From an uncultured Candidatus Saccharibacteria bacterium (GTDB lineage: Bacteria; Patescibacteriota; Andersenbacteria; UBA10190): a DNA stretch of 64,000 nt. The stretch's first letter is position 1. Each line of letters begins with the position of its first letter. Both the position numbers and the translations under genes were made by a program. Positions 54,913 to 63,759 of this stretch are shown one piece after another. Below the pieces are notes generated by a model. The model did not search any database. It saw nothing but the letters and a program-made list of their open reading frames with translations, and had not been told where the DNA came from. The stretch spans positions 21,993-85,992 of the forward strand of contig CAYHTZ010000003.1 of assembly GCA_964359735.1 (NCBI GenBank). Direction: 5' to 3'.

Positions 54913-56291
54913 ATCTCCCACCCCTTCTTGCATCTCCCCCTCCGGCAGGGGGAGCAAAGTATTTTCGAGTTCCTAAAGCATTTTGGCGTGTCCTGCTCTG
55001 GGTGAACGTGGCTATTATTTTGTGGTACTGGTGGCAGGGTTCGAGCACTCTGTTTACAGCAGGGTGGGGCAGTGTGCTGGTGGCGCTGGGGAAACTTTCA
55101 GGGTTACTCGCGGCCGGAAGCGTGCTCTTGCAGTTTGCCTTCATGGGCAGGAATCCTTGGCTGGAGCGTTCGTTCGGTTTGGATAAGCTCGCACGCATTC
55201 ACGCCAGAAGCGGCAAACGCAGTTTTTACTTTCTTGTTCTTCACCCCATTTTGATAACGCTGGGGTACGCAATCTTGTCCCAGACTAATGTGATCAGTCA
55301 ATTTTTGACGTTTTGGTTTAGCTACCCGTACGTGTGGTGGGCCTCCCTCGCGTTGATACTTTTCGTGGTTGTAATCGCGACATCAATTATGATCGTGCGA
55401 ACGAGGCTGCCTTACGAGGCTTGGTACTTTGTGCACCTGCTGGTATACGTGGCGGTTTTCCTTTCGCTGTGGCATCAGTTCGTGGTGGGCACGGATTTAC
55501 TGGCGAGCCGAGTCTTTTATACCTATTGGGTCGGTATCTATACAGTTGTTCTCGGTAGTCACCTTATTTTCCGCTTCGGGCGGCCGGTGTACCTATTTTT
55601 TCGCCATCAGTTCCGAGTGAGTCGAATATTTCGGGAAAACTACAACACAGTTTCGATCTACTTTACGGGGAAGAGCACAGACCAATTTAATATCTACCCG
55701 GGGCAATTTATGATTCTGCGGTTTTTCACGAAAGGCCTTTGGTGGCAGGCGCATCCATTTTCGCTCTCGCGAGTGCCAGACGGAAAAGAAATCCGAATAA
55801 CGGCGAAGGCAGTAGGCGATTTTACTCAGAAACTTGGCAGTGTCCCGGTGGGTACAAAAGTTTTGATTGACGGTCCCTATGGAATATTCACAGAGTGGAC
55901 TAATGAATCGCCTAAGGTGCTGTTTATCGCGGGTGGCATTGGCATTACCCCCATTCGATCCCTGATGGAGCGTCTCGTATCCCGAGGCCGCGAGGCAGTG
56001 TTGCTTTACGCTAACAAAACCGAAAAAGATATCGTTTTCAAAAAAGAATTAGAAGAGGTGGTTAAGCGATATGGGGGGGATATTGTTCATGTGTTGAGTG
56101 ACGAGCCAGCCTATGCTGGGGAAAAGGGATTTATTGATACGAATAAAATCAAGCGCTTGGTGCCCGACGTGGCCAAGCGGGATGTGTACCTGTGTGGGCC
56201 GCCACCCATGATGAAAGCCGTGATCGCTGCGCTGCAAAACTTAGGCGTGTCCGCCGAACGAATTCACTGGGAACGATTTGCGCTGGAATAA
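54909..56291 (+). CDS. Ferric-reductase-like transmembrane domain + FAD/NAD(P)-binding (FNR-type) oxidoreductase
   Basis: 6-TM heme-b-type domain with conserved His spacing, 'HPFSLS' FAD-binding motif, 'LFIAGGIGITP' NAD(P)-binding glycine-rich motif. ATGA overlap with xseB. Confidence 0.7.
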   Translation: MNLPPLLASPPPAGGAKYFRVPKAFWRVLLWVNVAIILWYWWQGSSTLFTAGWGSVLVALGKLSGLLAAGSVLLQFAFMGRNPWLERSFGLDKLARIHARSGKRSFYFLVLHPILITLGYAILSQTNVISQFLTFWFSYPYVWWASLALILFVVVIATSIMIVRTRLPYEAWYFVHLLVYVAVFLSLWHQFVVGTDLLASRVFYTYWVGIYTVVLGSHLIFRFGRPVYLFFRHQFRVSRIFRENYNTVSIYFTGKSTDQFNIYPGQFMILRFFTKGLWWQAHPFSLSRVPDGKEIRITAKAVGDFTQKLGSVPVGTKVLIDGPYGIFTEWTNESPKVLFIAGGIGITPIRSLMERLVSRGREAVLLYANKTEKDIVFKKELEEVVKRYGGDIVHVLSDEPAYAGEKGFIDTNKIKRLVPDVAKRDVYLCGPPPMMKAVIAALQNLGVSAERIHWERFALE

Positions 56292-56293
56292 AT

Positions 56294-56671
56294 ATGGTTC
56301 CTCCTTTTCTTCCAGATTTTGACTTGGCTCTCCTTGCGTTGCGGCTCGCGCTGGGAATAGTGTTCCTGGCGCATGGGCCGATAAAGTTCGTAAAAACACA
56401 GGAGATGGCGAAGGGGTTGGGCATAGCCGAGAATTCGGTGCGTGCTATTGGGACGTTAGAAGTGCTGGGGTCTGCCTCAGTAATCTTAGGAATATGGTCC
56501 CAGGTGGGTGCGGCCTTGCTGGTGATCGTTATGCTGGGGGCCATCTACTTCAAAACGCAAAAATGGGGTAAGAACTTCACCGGCGAGGGCGGCTGGGAAT
56601 TTGAATTTACGTTGCTGGCCGCGGCACTGGCTATTTTCTTTGCCGGCTCCGGCGCCTATGCACTCTTTTGA
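56294..56671 (+). CDS. DoxX-family membrane protein
   Basis: 'ALLALRLALGIVFLAHGPIKF...' DoxX signature, 4 TM. Start ATG 56294 (the ORF-track start would overlap the upstream gene). Confidence 0.65.
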   Translation: MVPPFLPDFDLALLALRLALGIVFLAHGPIKFVKTQEMAKGLGIAENSVRAIGTLEVLGSASVILGIWSQVGAALLVIVMLGAIYFKTQKWGKNFTGEGGWEFEFTLLAAALAIFFAGSGAYALF

Positions 56672-56702
56672 AGTTTTACCTGCGAACGCCTAGACTAAAA
56701 AT

Positions 56703-57809
56703 ATGCGCCTATCAGCTACTCTCGCAGTTTCCCTGAGCCTACTTTTAGTTCCCATGGTAGGACTCGCGGCGGTATTTGTAACCGACGAAGAAACAGCGCA
56801 GTTGACTGAATCAGTGAGCGATGACGTATATGCCGCGAGCCAGACAGTGCGCATTTCTGGAAATGTAACAGGAGACGTAGCGGCGGCCGGGGAGAAAGTG
56901 GAGATTACTGGCAACGTAACACAGGACGTGCACGCGGCTGGGGAAACGGTAAGCCTTGAAGGCGAGGTTGGTGATGATGTGCATGCGGCGGGAGCAAACG
57001 TGGCACTCTTGGGAAAAGTAGCGGGTGACGCTTTCTTGGCGGGATCCGAGGTTATGGTGGGTGAGGAAGCATCGGTTGGCGGAGATGTATATGCGGGTTC
57101 TTCGAATTTGGTTATCTCCGGCAACGTACAGGGAGATGTATGGGCGGCTGGGCAGGTCCACGTTACGGCGGGAGCGGTGATCAACGGAGGTCTCCTCGTT
57201 ATGAGCAACGAAGCTCCAGTGATCGATGAAGGGGCTCAAATCGCTGGCGAAGTGAAATTGGAAGCGTTGACACACGATGACCGCGAGCGCCCCTTTCAGC
57301 TCATGGGGTGGGTACGGTCAGTGGTTTCTCTCTTTATAGTTTCGCTGGTGCTCGTGTACGGTGCACGGGCGCTTACCACATCAACGGTACGCACGGTGGT
57401 AACGAAGAGCTGGCGATCCCTCTTAGTGGGAGGGCTCTGGACTCTTCTTTTTGTTCCGGTCAGCCTTATCTTGCTCGTTACTATCGCGGGTATTCCTCTC
57501 GCTTTGGGGGTGCTGGCGTTCAGTGTTCTCGCGTATATCATGGCAACAGGCATCGCTGCTGCCCACGTAGGCCGGTGGATCATGGGGAAAGTGGCTCGAG
57601 AGGGCACCCAGGAAATAACCTGGGCGCATGCGTTGTTGGGAGCCGTAGTGTATGAAAGCGTACAACTCCTGCCCGGGGTGGGAGAACTCCTCACATTTAT
57701 TTTGGTTCTCTTCTTCTTGGGGGCAACTCTCTTAACATTCTTTAACTTAATCCGCCACCATTATGGCAAACCAAGTGCAGGCGCTCAGCAAAACCCAGCC
57801 TCCGCATAA
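56703..57809 (+). CDS. Bactofilin-repeat (polymer-forming cytoskeletal, DUF583-like) protein with signal/TM N-terminus and C-terminal multi-TM domain
   Basis: Repeats 'ISGNVTGDVAAAGEKVEITGNVTQDVHAAGETVSLEGEVGDDVHAAGANVALLGKVAGDAFLAG...' typical of bactofilin beta-helix rungs. Hydrophobic C-terminal third. Confidence 0.55.
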   Translation: MRLSATLAVSLSLLLVPMVGLAAVFVTDEETAQLTESVSDDVYAASQTVRISGNVTGDVAAAGEKVEITGNVTQDVHAAGETVSLEGEVGDDVHAAGANVALLGKVAGDAFLAGSEVMVGEEASVGGDVYAGSSNLVISGNVQGDVWAAGQVHVTAGAVINGGLLVMSNEAPVIDEGAQIAGEVKLEALTHDDRERPFQLMGWVRSVVSLFIVSLVLVYGARALTTSTVRTVVTKSWRSLLVGGLWTLLFVPVSLILLVTIAGIPLALGVLAFSVLAYIMATGIAAAHVGRWIMGKVAREGTQEITWAHALLGAVVYESVQLLPGVGELLTFILVLFFLGATLLTFFNLIRHHYGKPSAGAQQNPASA

Positions 57810-58374
57810 AACTACAGCGGGCAAGGCCCGGGAAGATGCTTGGGATTTACTCAATAAGTACACAAAAAATAAAAACCTAATTAAGCACTCGCTGGCGGTG
57901 GAAGCGGCGATGCGCCACTATGCCAATATTTTTGGAGAGGACCCAGCGCTCTGGGGAATGGTCGGGCTCCTGCATGATTTTGACTACGAAACGTATCCGA
58001 CTTTAGACAAACATCCGTACGAAGGTCAGAAGATCTTAGAGCAAGAAGGCTATCCGGAAATTATCCGACACGGCATTATGGCCCATGCGCCCCACACAGG
58101 CACGCCGCGTGTCACAAAGATGGAAAAAGCAATCTTCGCGGTGGATGAGCTGACCGGGTTTATAGTGGCATGCGCACTCGTAAAGCCGAACAAGAAGTTA
58201 GCCGAAGTGGATGTGGAATCTGTGAAAAAGAAAATGAAATCAAAAGGCTTCGCGGCGGCGGTGAAGCGGGAAGACATTGAGCTCGGAGCGCAAGAACTTG
58301 GACTTACGCTGGAAGAACACATTCAGCATGTGCTGACAGCTATGCAAGGGATTTCAGCCGAGCTCGGGTTGTAA
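57763..58374 (+). CDS. HD-domain phosphohydrolase (HDIG-like)
   Basis: 'IKHSLAVEAAMRHYANIFGEDPALWGMVGLLHDFDYE...HGIMAHA' H...HD...H...D metal ligands. Confidence 0.75.
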   Translation: MANQVQALSKTQPPHKTTAGKAREDAWDLLNKYTKNKNLIKHSLAVEAAMRHYANIFGEDPALWGMVGLLHDFDYETYPTLDKHPYEGQKILEQEGYPEIIRHGIMAHAPHTGTPRVTKMEKAIFAVDELTGFIVACALVKPNKKLAEVDVESVKKKMKSKGFAAAVKREDIELGAQELGLTLEEHIQHVLTAMQGISAELGL

Positions 58375-59007
58375 CTTGCCCGGGCGAATAATTTCTATTT
58401 TCCCATTTTCGAGTTTGCCGATGGTGGTGGGGGGGTTGTGAGCAAGTGTGCCGCCATCGAGAATAGCGGCGAGAGAGAGATTGTAGGTGGTGCCTTGTGT
58501 GGGATCCGGCCCTCCTCCGCCAAGGCTTCGGCGGGCGGGCGCAACAGTACCGGGAAAATACTCCAGAATTTTTTCTGGAGTATATGCAGGTGGTGCGCCC
58601 GAAATGTTGGCGCTGGTGGCGGTGAGAGGAACATTAACGACATCGGCCAATTGCTGCATGAGCGGGTGATCGATTATACGCAGGCCGACTTTATCATCTT
58701 GAGCCAAATGCTCAAGATCTGGCTTCGGTTTTAGGAGCAGCGTTAACGGCTGGCCTTGATACTTTTCCCAAAGAGTCTGTTCATCTTTCGATATTACGAA
58801 ATATCGAAACATCAACTCATCTTCCATAAAAACCGTAAAGGTTTTTTCTTGGGGGCGCTGCTTTAAGGTGCGCAGGCGCTGTAAGGCATGGCCTTGCAGG
58901 GCATCACAGGCCAAGGCATAGGCAGTACCCGTAGGGATGGCAACAATGCGCCCTTCTTGAATGAATCTCGCGGCCTGCCCGATATCTTTTGCTATAATGG
59001 CATACAC
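58354..59007 (-). CDS. tsaC: L-threonylcarbamoyladenylate synthase TsaC/YrdC/Sua5 family
   Basis: '(M)YAIIAKDIGQAARFIQEGRIVAIPTGTAYALACDA...LTATSANISGAPP' YrdC-domain signature. GTG start at 59007. Confidence 0.85.
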   Translation of the reverse strand: MYAIIAKDIGQAARFIQEGRIVAIPTGTAYALACDALQGHALQRLRTLKQRPQEKTFTVFMEDELMFRYFVISKDEQTLWEKYQGQPLTLLLKPKPDLEHLAQDDKVGLRIIDHPLMQQLADVVNVPLTATSANISGAPPAYTPEKILEYFPGTVAPARRSLGGGGPDPTQGTTYNLSLAAILDGGTLAHNPPTTIGKLENGKIEIIRPGKLQPELG

Positions 59008-59922
59008 ATGGCTAAAAGTACGATCTTCTTTGCCTGCTTGGCAATCGTATTTGCGGGAACGACCGTCGCGGTTTCCTGGCGGCTTATCGCGGGAAAGGGT
59101 ACGCCGGCCCCGCAGGTGGAGGGGGTCAACATTGCCTTAGGCCTGCCTACCGGACAGGCAGGGCTCCTCAGCGAAGGAGGAGGGGAAACCGAGGGGCTTT
59201 TTCGGGCGGGAAGCGCGCTGGTTTGGAACACAGAGACGGATGCAATTCAATTCGAACAGAATGGGTTTGAGCGGCGGCCGATCGCCAGTATCACCAAGCT
59301 GGTGACAGCCATGGTAGCCCTTGACCACGGTATTCCCTGGGAGGAGGCTGCAACCATCGAGCTCGAGGAATACGTACAAGGAGGACGGCTTTTACTCCAC
59401 CCCGGCGAGACGGTGAGTGTACGAGATTTATTCCATGCCTCGCTTGTGGCGTCCGCAAATAATGCCACCCTCGCGTATGTGCGCGCCCTCAAGATCTCCG
59501 AGGAAGAGTTCGTGCGCGAAATGAACCGCAAGGCAGTCTCCCTCGGCCTCGAACAAACTGAATTTACGGACGTCACAGGGCTGGATGTAGGGAATATCTC
59601 CACTGCCTACGAGGTGGCGCGCCTCGCTGAAGCCGCCTTTACCTATCCGGAGATTGCGGCCGCGAGTAGCCTCAAGGAATACACCATGCACGTAGGCGGC
59701 AGCGGGAGAGAGCATACGCTCCGCAACAGCAATAAACTGATCACCGAGTGGGGAATAGAGGTAAGCGGCAGTAAAACGGGGTACTTGTACGAGGCGCGCT
59801 ATTGCTTGGTGGTGCGGGGGGCGGGGGGCGCAGCGAATACGCTGGCGGTCGTGCTTGGAAGTCCCAGCGAGATCGAAAGCCTGGCAGAAATGAAAAAGTT
59901 GTTGCAGCGGGCCCCGCTGTGA
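59008..59922 (+). CDS. D-alanyl-D-alanine carboxypeptidase (peptidase S11, low-molecular-weight PBP)
   Basis: 'IASITKLVTAMVAL' SxxK motif, 'SANNA' SxN motif, 'GSKTGYL' KTG motif, N-terminal signal/TM. ATG 59008 with TATAAT 10 nt upstream. Confidence 0.8.
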   Translation: MAKSTIFFACLAIVFAGTTVAVSWRLIAGKGTPAPQVEGVNIALGLPTGQAGLLSEGGGETEGLFRAGSALVWNTETDAIQFEQNGFERRPIASITKLVTAMVALDHGIPWEEAATIELEEYVQGGRLLLHPGETVSVRDLFHASLVASANNATLAYVRALKISEEEFVREMNRKAVSLGLEQTEFTDVTGLDVGNISTAYEVARLAEAAFTYPEIAAASSLKEYTMHVGGSGREHTLRNSNKLITEWGIEVSGSKTGYLYEARYCLVVRGAGGAANTLAVVLGSPSEIESLAEMKKLLQRAPL

Positions 59923-59936
59923 TATACTAAAAGCCT

Positions 59937-60392
59937 GTGGCAGAGGAATTTAAACCCAACATTTACCCGATTATCTACTGGGCCCTAGCGTACGGCGTCA
60001 TTGCCGGGTTCTTACTTTTCCTGGTGTATCTCCTGTCCCGCTACATTACGGTTGTATGGTTCCCGGTATTCGCCGTAGGGCTCATATGGGGAGCCTACCG
60101 CAATTACCGCAAGCAGAAACGTGTCTGGTCACAAGCGTCAGGAGTACCGCTTGCCGCCAAACCTCCGCTCCAGGAATTCCGAGACGCGATTAGCGATGTG
60201 GTAGATGCCTCCCGAGACATGGTGGCCCAACAGCGCGCCGAAGATGAAGCTATCGCGTCTGAGGTAGCGGAAGCGGAAGCAGATGCTATTGAAGAAGAGG
60301 CTGCGTACGCCAGAGGGTTCCGGCGCGAAATAGAATCTCAAAGATCAACTGAAACTACGCCTCCTCCGCCACCGCCCCCTGCGGCTGCGTAA
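59937..60392 (+). CDS. Hypothetical small membrane protein with acidic/poly-Pro C-terminus
   Basis: 2 TM helices, 'TTPPPPPPPAAA' tail. 3' end overlaps the convergent dehydrogenase gene by 38 nt. Confidence 0.4.
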   Translation: MAEEFKPNIYPIIYWALAYGVIAGFLLFLVYLLSRYITVVWFPVFAVGLIWGAYRNYRKQKRVWSQASGVPLAAKPPLQEFRDAISDVVDASRDMVAQQRAEDEAIASEVAEAEADAIEEEAAYARGFRREIESQRSTETTPPPPPPPAAA

Positions 60393-61683
60393 CGGCCATT
60401 TGAGTCCGGCCAATACCGTAGTAGAGAACTCCGGCAGAGGCAACTTGCGCGGGATCCAGGGCATTCTTGCCGTCAACCAGCAAACGGATCTGGTGGCGGC
60501 GCAGAGCCGCCGGCGTCAAAGCTTTAATGAATTGCGTATGGTTGGTAGCGAGCATGACTGCATCAGCAGCAGCGAGGGCTTCTTCCAACGTCGCGACGTT
60601 CGAGGACGCCGGGAAGTACGGATCAAAGACAACAACTTGAAAGCCGCCTTCCTCAAGGAGCCGGCGCACCTCAATGGCCGGGCTTTCCCGGTCGTCGGCA
60701 GTGTCCTTCTTATACGAAACGCCGAGTACGGCCACGGTTAGGTCACGCTCACGTACGTGGAGCTCCGCGAGCCCGCGGCGCAGCAACTCCACGGTAAAGG
60801 CCGGCATGCTGTTGTTTATCTCGCGGGCCAGTTTCAAGAATTGGTGGTCAAACCCCACGCTATGTCCACGCTCGATCATGTAGTAAGGGTCTACGCCGAT
60901 GCAGTGCCCACCCACGCCGTTACCGGGGAAGTGGGCGAGGAAAGCAAAAGGTTTGGTTGAAGCACCTTCAATCACGTTCATAACATCAATGCCCAGACGG
61001 TCGAACGAACGGGCCATTTCATTGACAAAGGCAATGTTCACATCACGAAAACTATTCTCGAAAATTTTCACGGCTTCGGCCTCAGTCACCGAATTCATAA
61101 CCTTCACCGGCGCTTCCAGGATGCTGGTATAGAAATGCAGTGCGCTTGCCTCTGCCTCTTTTGTATACGCACCTAAGACACGGGGAATGTTACGTACTGT
61201 CCATTTTTTGTCACCGGGGTTAATGCGCTCAGGACAGTAGGCAACGCGTAGCTCCTTCAGCCCCCCCCGGCTCTGAATGAGAGGCAGCACCACTTCATCC
61301 ATCACGCCGGGGTTGACGGTTGATTCTACAATGAGCGTTTGCTTCGCTTTGAGGTGGGGTAGGATATCTTTTACCGATCCGATGAGAGGGGCCAGATCCG
61401 GCTGTTTATCATGAGTGACTGGCGTGGGGACGGCGATGACGATGACATCGGCGTGGGCTACTACGGCAGGGTCAGTTGAGGCAACAAGCGGAAACTTTTC
61501 GAGTGCCTGATCTTCTACCACATCTTTGACGGGGGAGACACGGCGGTTAATAGCCTCTACCTTCTTTTGGTCGATATCGTACCCGACCACGTCCCAGCCT
61601 TTTTCCTTGGCGAGCACAGCGAGAGGCAGGCCTACGTATCCCGTGCCTACGACTGCAAGTTTGCCAAGTTTTTTCATGCGCAA
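60355..61683 (-). CDS. Nucleotide-sugar dehydrogenase (UDP-glucose/GDP-mannose dehydrogenase family; UDP-ManNAc-dehydrogenase-like)
   Basis: 'KLAVVGTGYVGLPLAVLAKEKGWDVVGYDIDQKKVEAIN' Rossmann N-terminus, central 'GGHCIGVDP' catalytic Cys motif. 442 aa. Confidence 0.85.
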   Translation of the reverse strand: MRMKKLGKLAVVGTGYVGLPLAVLAKEKGWDVVGYDIDQKKVEAINRRVSPVKDVVEDQALEKFPLVASTDPAVVAHADVIVIAVPTPVTHDKQPDLAPLIGSVKDILPHLKAKQTLIVESTVNPGVMDEVVLPLIQSRGGLKELRVAYCPERINPGDKKWTVRNIPRVLGAYTKEAEASALHFYTSILEAPVKVMNSVTEAEAVKIFENSFRDVNIAFVNEMARSFDRLGIDVMNVIEGASTKPFAFLAHFPGNGVGGHCIGVDPYYMIERGHSVGFDHQFLKLAREINNSMPAFTVELLRRGLAELHVRERDLTVAVLGVSYKKDTADDRESPAIEVRRLLEEGGFQVVVFDPYFPASSNVATLEEALAAADAVMLATNHTQFIKALTPAALRRHQIRLLVDGKNALDPAQVASAGVLYYGIGRTQMAVTQPQGAVAEEA

Positions 61684-61784
61684 ATAATGATATAAATTAA
61701 AGGTCTTGTCAATATAGCAAGCTAGCTAAGCTTGCAGTGGGTGGTATACTTAGACACATTCATATATAAATATACACCTTACAT

Positions 61785-62042
61785 ATGGCAAACAAACCCG
61801 TCACCATTTACAGCACACAAACATGCCAGTACTGCCGAGCCACGAAAGCATTTTTGCAGGAGCATAGTATTCCCTATAAGGATATTGACGTTGGCAGTGA
61901 TCCGGAAAAGGCTCGAGAAATGATTCAGAAGTCCGGACAAATGGGAGTGCCCGTCATCTTGATTGGAGAAGGACCGGAGGAGCAGCACATCGTGGGGGTT
62001 GACCAAGCGCGTATCGCCAGTGCTCTTGGCATAACGACATAA
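61785..62042 (+). CDS. Glutaredoxin-like protein (NrdH/Grx family)
   Basis: 'VTIYSTQTCQYCRATKAFL' CxxC, 'GVPVILIG'. 85 aa. Confidence 0.75.
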   Translation: MANKPVTIYSTQTCQYCRATKAFLQEHSIPYKDIDVGSDPEKAREMIQKSGQMGVPVILIGEGPEEQHIVGVDQARIASALGITT

Positions 62043-62061
62043 CCGAGGCACACTGAGCCGT

Positions 62062-62994
62062 ATGTCAGAACGCGTTTTTGACGTGGCGATTGTTGGATAT
62101 GGCCCGGCTGGGATCACGGCGGGAATTTATACGGCGCGGCGCAGGCTCACGTCCGTGCTTTTTGGAGACATCCCGGCAGGGGAAGTAGTTAACTCGGGCG
62201 AAATCGAGAACTGGCCGGGAGACCGCACTACCGAGGGGACGGTGCTTGCCGATAAGATGGTACAGCACGTTCGCGACCACAGTGATATGGTTACGATTGT
62301 ACCGAAGAAGATCACACGGGTGCGCAAAGAAGAAAAACTGTTTCAGATAGAAGTTGAAGATAAGAGCACGTACCAGGCAAAAACGGTGATTTACGCCACC
62401 GGCCGCCACCCTCGGCTACTCAACATTCCGGGCGAGAAAGAGTTCAAAAATAAAGGTGTTTCATACTGCGCCAACTGTGACGCACCTCTCTTTGCGGATA
62501 AGACAGTCGCAGTGATTGGCGGGGGAGACTCAGGAGCCGAAGCGGTGATTATGCTTCAGCGTATTGCCAAAAAAGTGTACTTGCTTCACATCGATGAGAA
62601 GCTGCGAGCGGAACCAATTCTGGTGGATAATTTTCAGCAGAGTCCGAATGTAACTGTGCTCACGCGGGCAAAGACGACACATATCTTCGGAGATACATTT
62701 GTCACCGGACTTGAGTACGAAGATCTCTCCACCGGTGAAAAGAAGAGTCTAACTCTTGACGGTATTTTTGTAACCATTGGGGCTATTCCTAATACGGAAC
62801 CAGTCTCGCAGCTTGTACCTCTCGATGAGCAGGGAGCAGTGGTGGCCGACCGATACGGAAAAACGAGCGTGGAAGGGTTCTTTGCCGCGGGGGATGTCAC
62901 CGATACCCGTGATGCGCAAATTGTGGTGGCGGCGGGGCAAGCCTGTTCAGCCGCACTTTCGGTGGATGATTACCTCAGCCGAAATAAGTTCTAA
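62062..62994 (+). CDS. trxB: Thioredoxin-disulfide reductase
   Basis: 'FDVAIVGYGPAGITAGIY' FAD motif, redox-active 'CANCD', 'VAVIGGGDSGAEA' NADPH motif. Confidence 0.85.
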   Translation: MSERVFDVAIVGYGPAGITAGIYTARRRLTSVLFGDIPAGEVVNSGEIENWPGDRTTEGTVLADKMVQHVRDHSDMVTIVPKKITRVRKEEKLFQIEVEDKSTYQAKTVIYATGRHPRLLNIPGEKEFKNKGVSYCANCDAPLFADKTVAVIGGGDSGAEAVIMLQRIAKKVYLLHIDEKLRAEPILVDNFQQSPNVTVLTRAKTTHIFGDTFVTGLEYEDLSTGEKKSLTLDGIFVTIGAIPNTEPVSQLVPLDEQGAVVADRYGKTSVEGFFAAGDVTDTRDAQIVVAAGQACSAALSVDDYLSRNKF

Positions 62995-62997
62995 CCT

Positions 62998-63759
62998 ATG
63001 CCAATAGGAGAGGTCTGGCGAACGCTACGGCGGCGGCTGCCGGCTTCCCACTACGTCCTCGTGGTCATGCTTTTCTTCGCCGGGCTGGAGGCAACGTTTG
63101 CCTTGCAAAGATTCGTAGCGATTTCTCTCCTCACTCTCTTCGGGCTGGTGACGGCGGGGGTGCTGGTTCTGCGCAAGGAAGAAAGCGAGGATTTTCACTT
63201 CACCCAGGCTTTTTTGCCGATCTTGGCCGCCATTGGGCTTACGGCATTCGCTCTCTTCTTGCCAGCCAGCCCGCTCCTCCACCTCTACTTCTTAGCGGCG
63301 AGTATTATATTCTACTTTTTGCTTCAGTTCGCCGCGAGGCTGGCGTACCCTACCTGGAACTGGGGCGTATCGGCCCTGGTTCTATTTGTGGATTTAGCCG
63401 CCGTGCTGGGCTGGCACTTTCATATGGCGAAATCGCTCACCATAACGCTCGCGCTTACCTGGCTCATTACGCTCTTACTCGCCTGGCAAGCGCTGCGCCG
63501 TATTGCGGCTGCCCGTTCAGAAGCATTCCTTTTGGCGCTCTGTATAAGCTTGGCGGTGGCCGAGATTATTTGGGTACTGCAGTTCACGCCCTTTCACTTC
63601 TTTGCCCAGGCAGGGATAGGGCTCACAGCCTATTACCTTCTTCTCCAGGGACTGACGCGCAGTTTTGAAAGGCGCCTGGCCCGTCAAGACATGGTAGAAT
63701 ATATGCTGATTGGAGGCGCAGCTTTTATTATTCTTTTTCTTTCTGTGCAGTGGATATGA
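62998..63759 (+). CDS. Hypothetical polytopic membrane protein (7-8 TM)
   Basis: Hydropathy only. Confidence 0.45.
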   Translation: MPIGEVWRTLRRRLPASHYVLVVMLFFAGLEATFALQRFVAISLLTLFGLVTAGVLVLRKEESEDFHFTQAFLPILAAIGLTAFALFLPASPLLHLYFLAASIIFYFLLQFAARLAYPTWNWGVSALVLFVDLAAVLGWHFHMAKSLTITLALTWLITLLLAWQALRRIAAARSEAFLLALCISLAVAEIIWVLQFTPFHFFAQAGIGLTAYYLLLQGLTRSFERRLARQDMVEYMLIGGAAFIILFLSVQWI

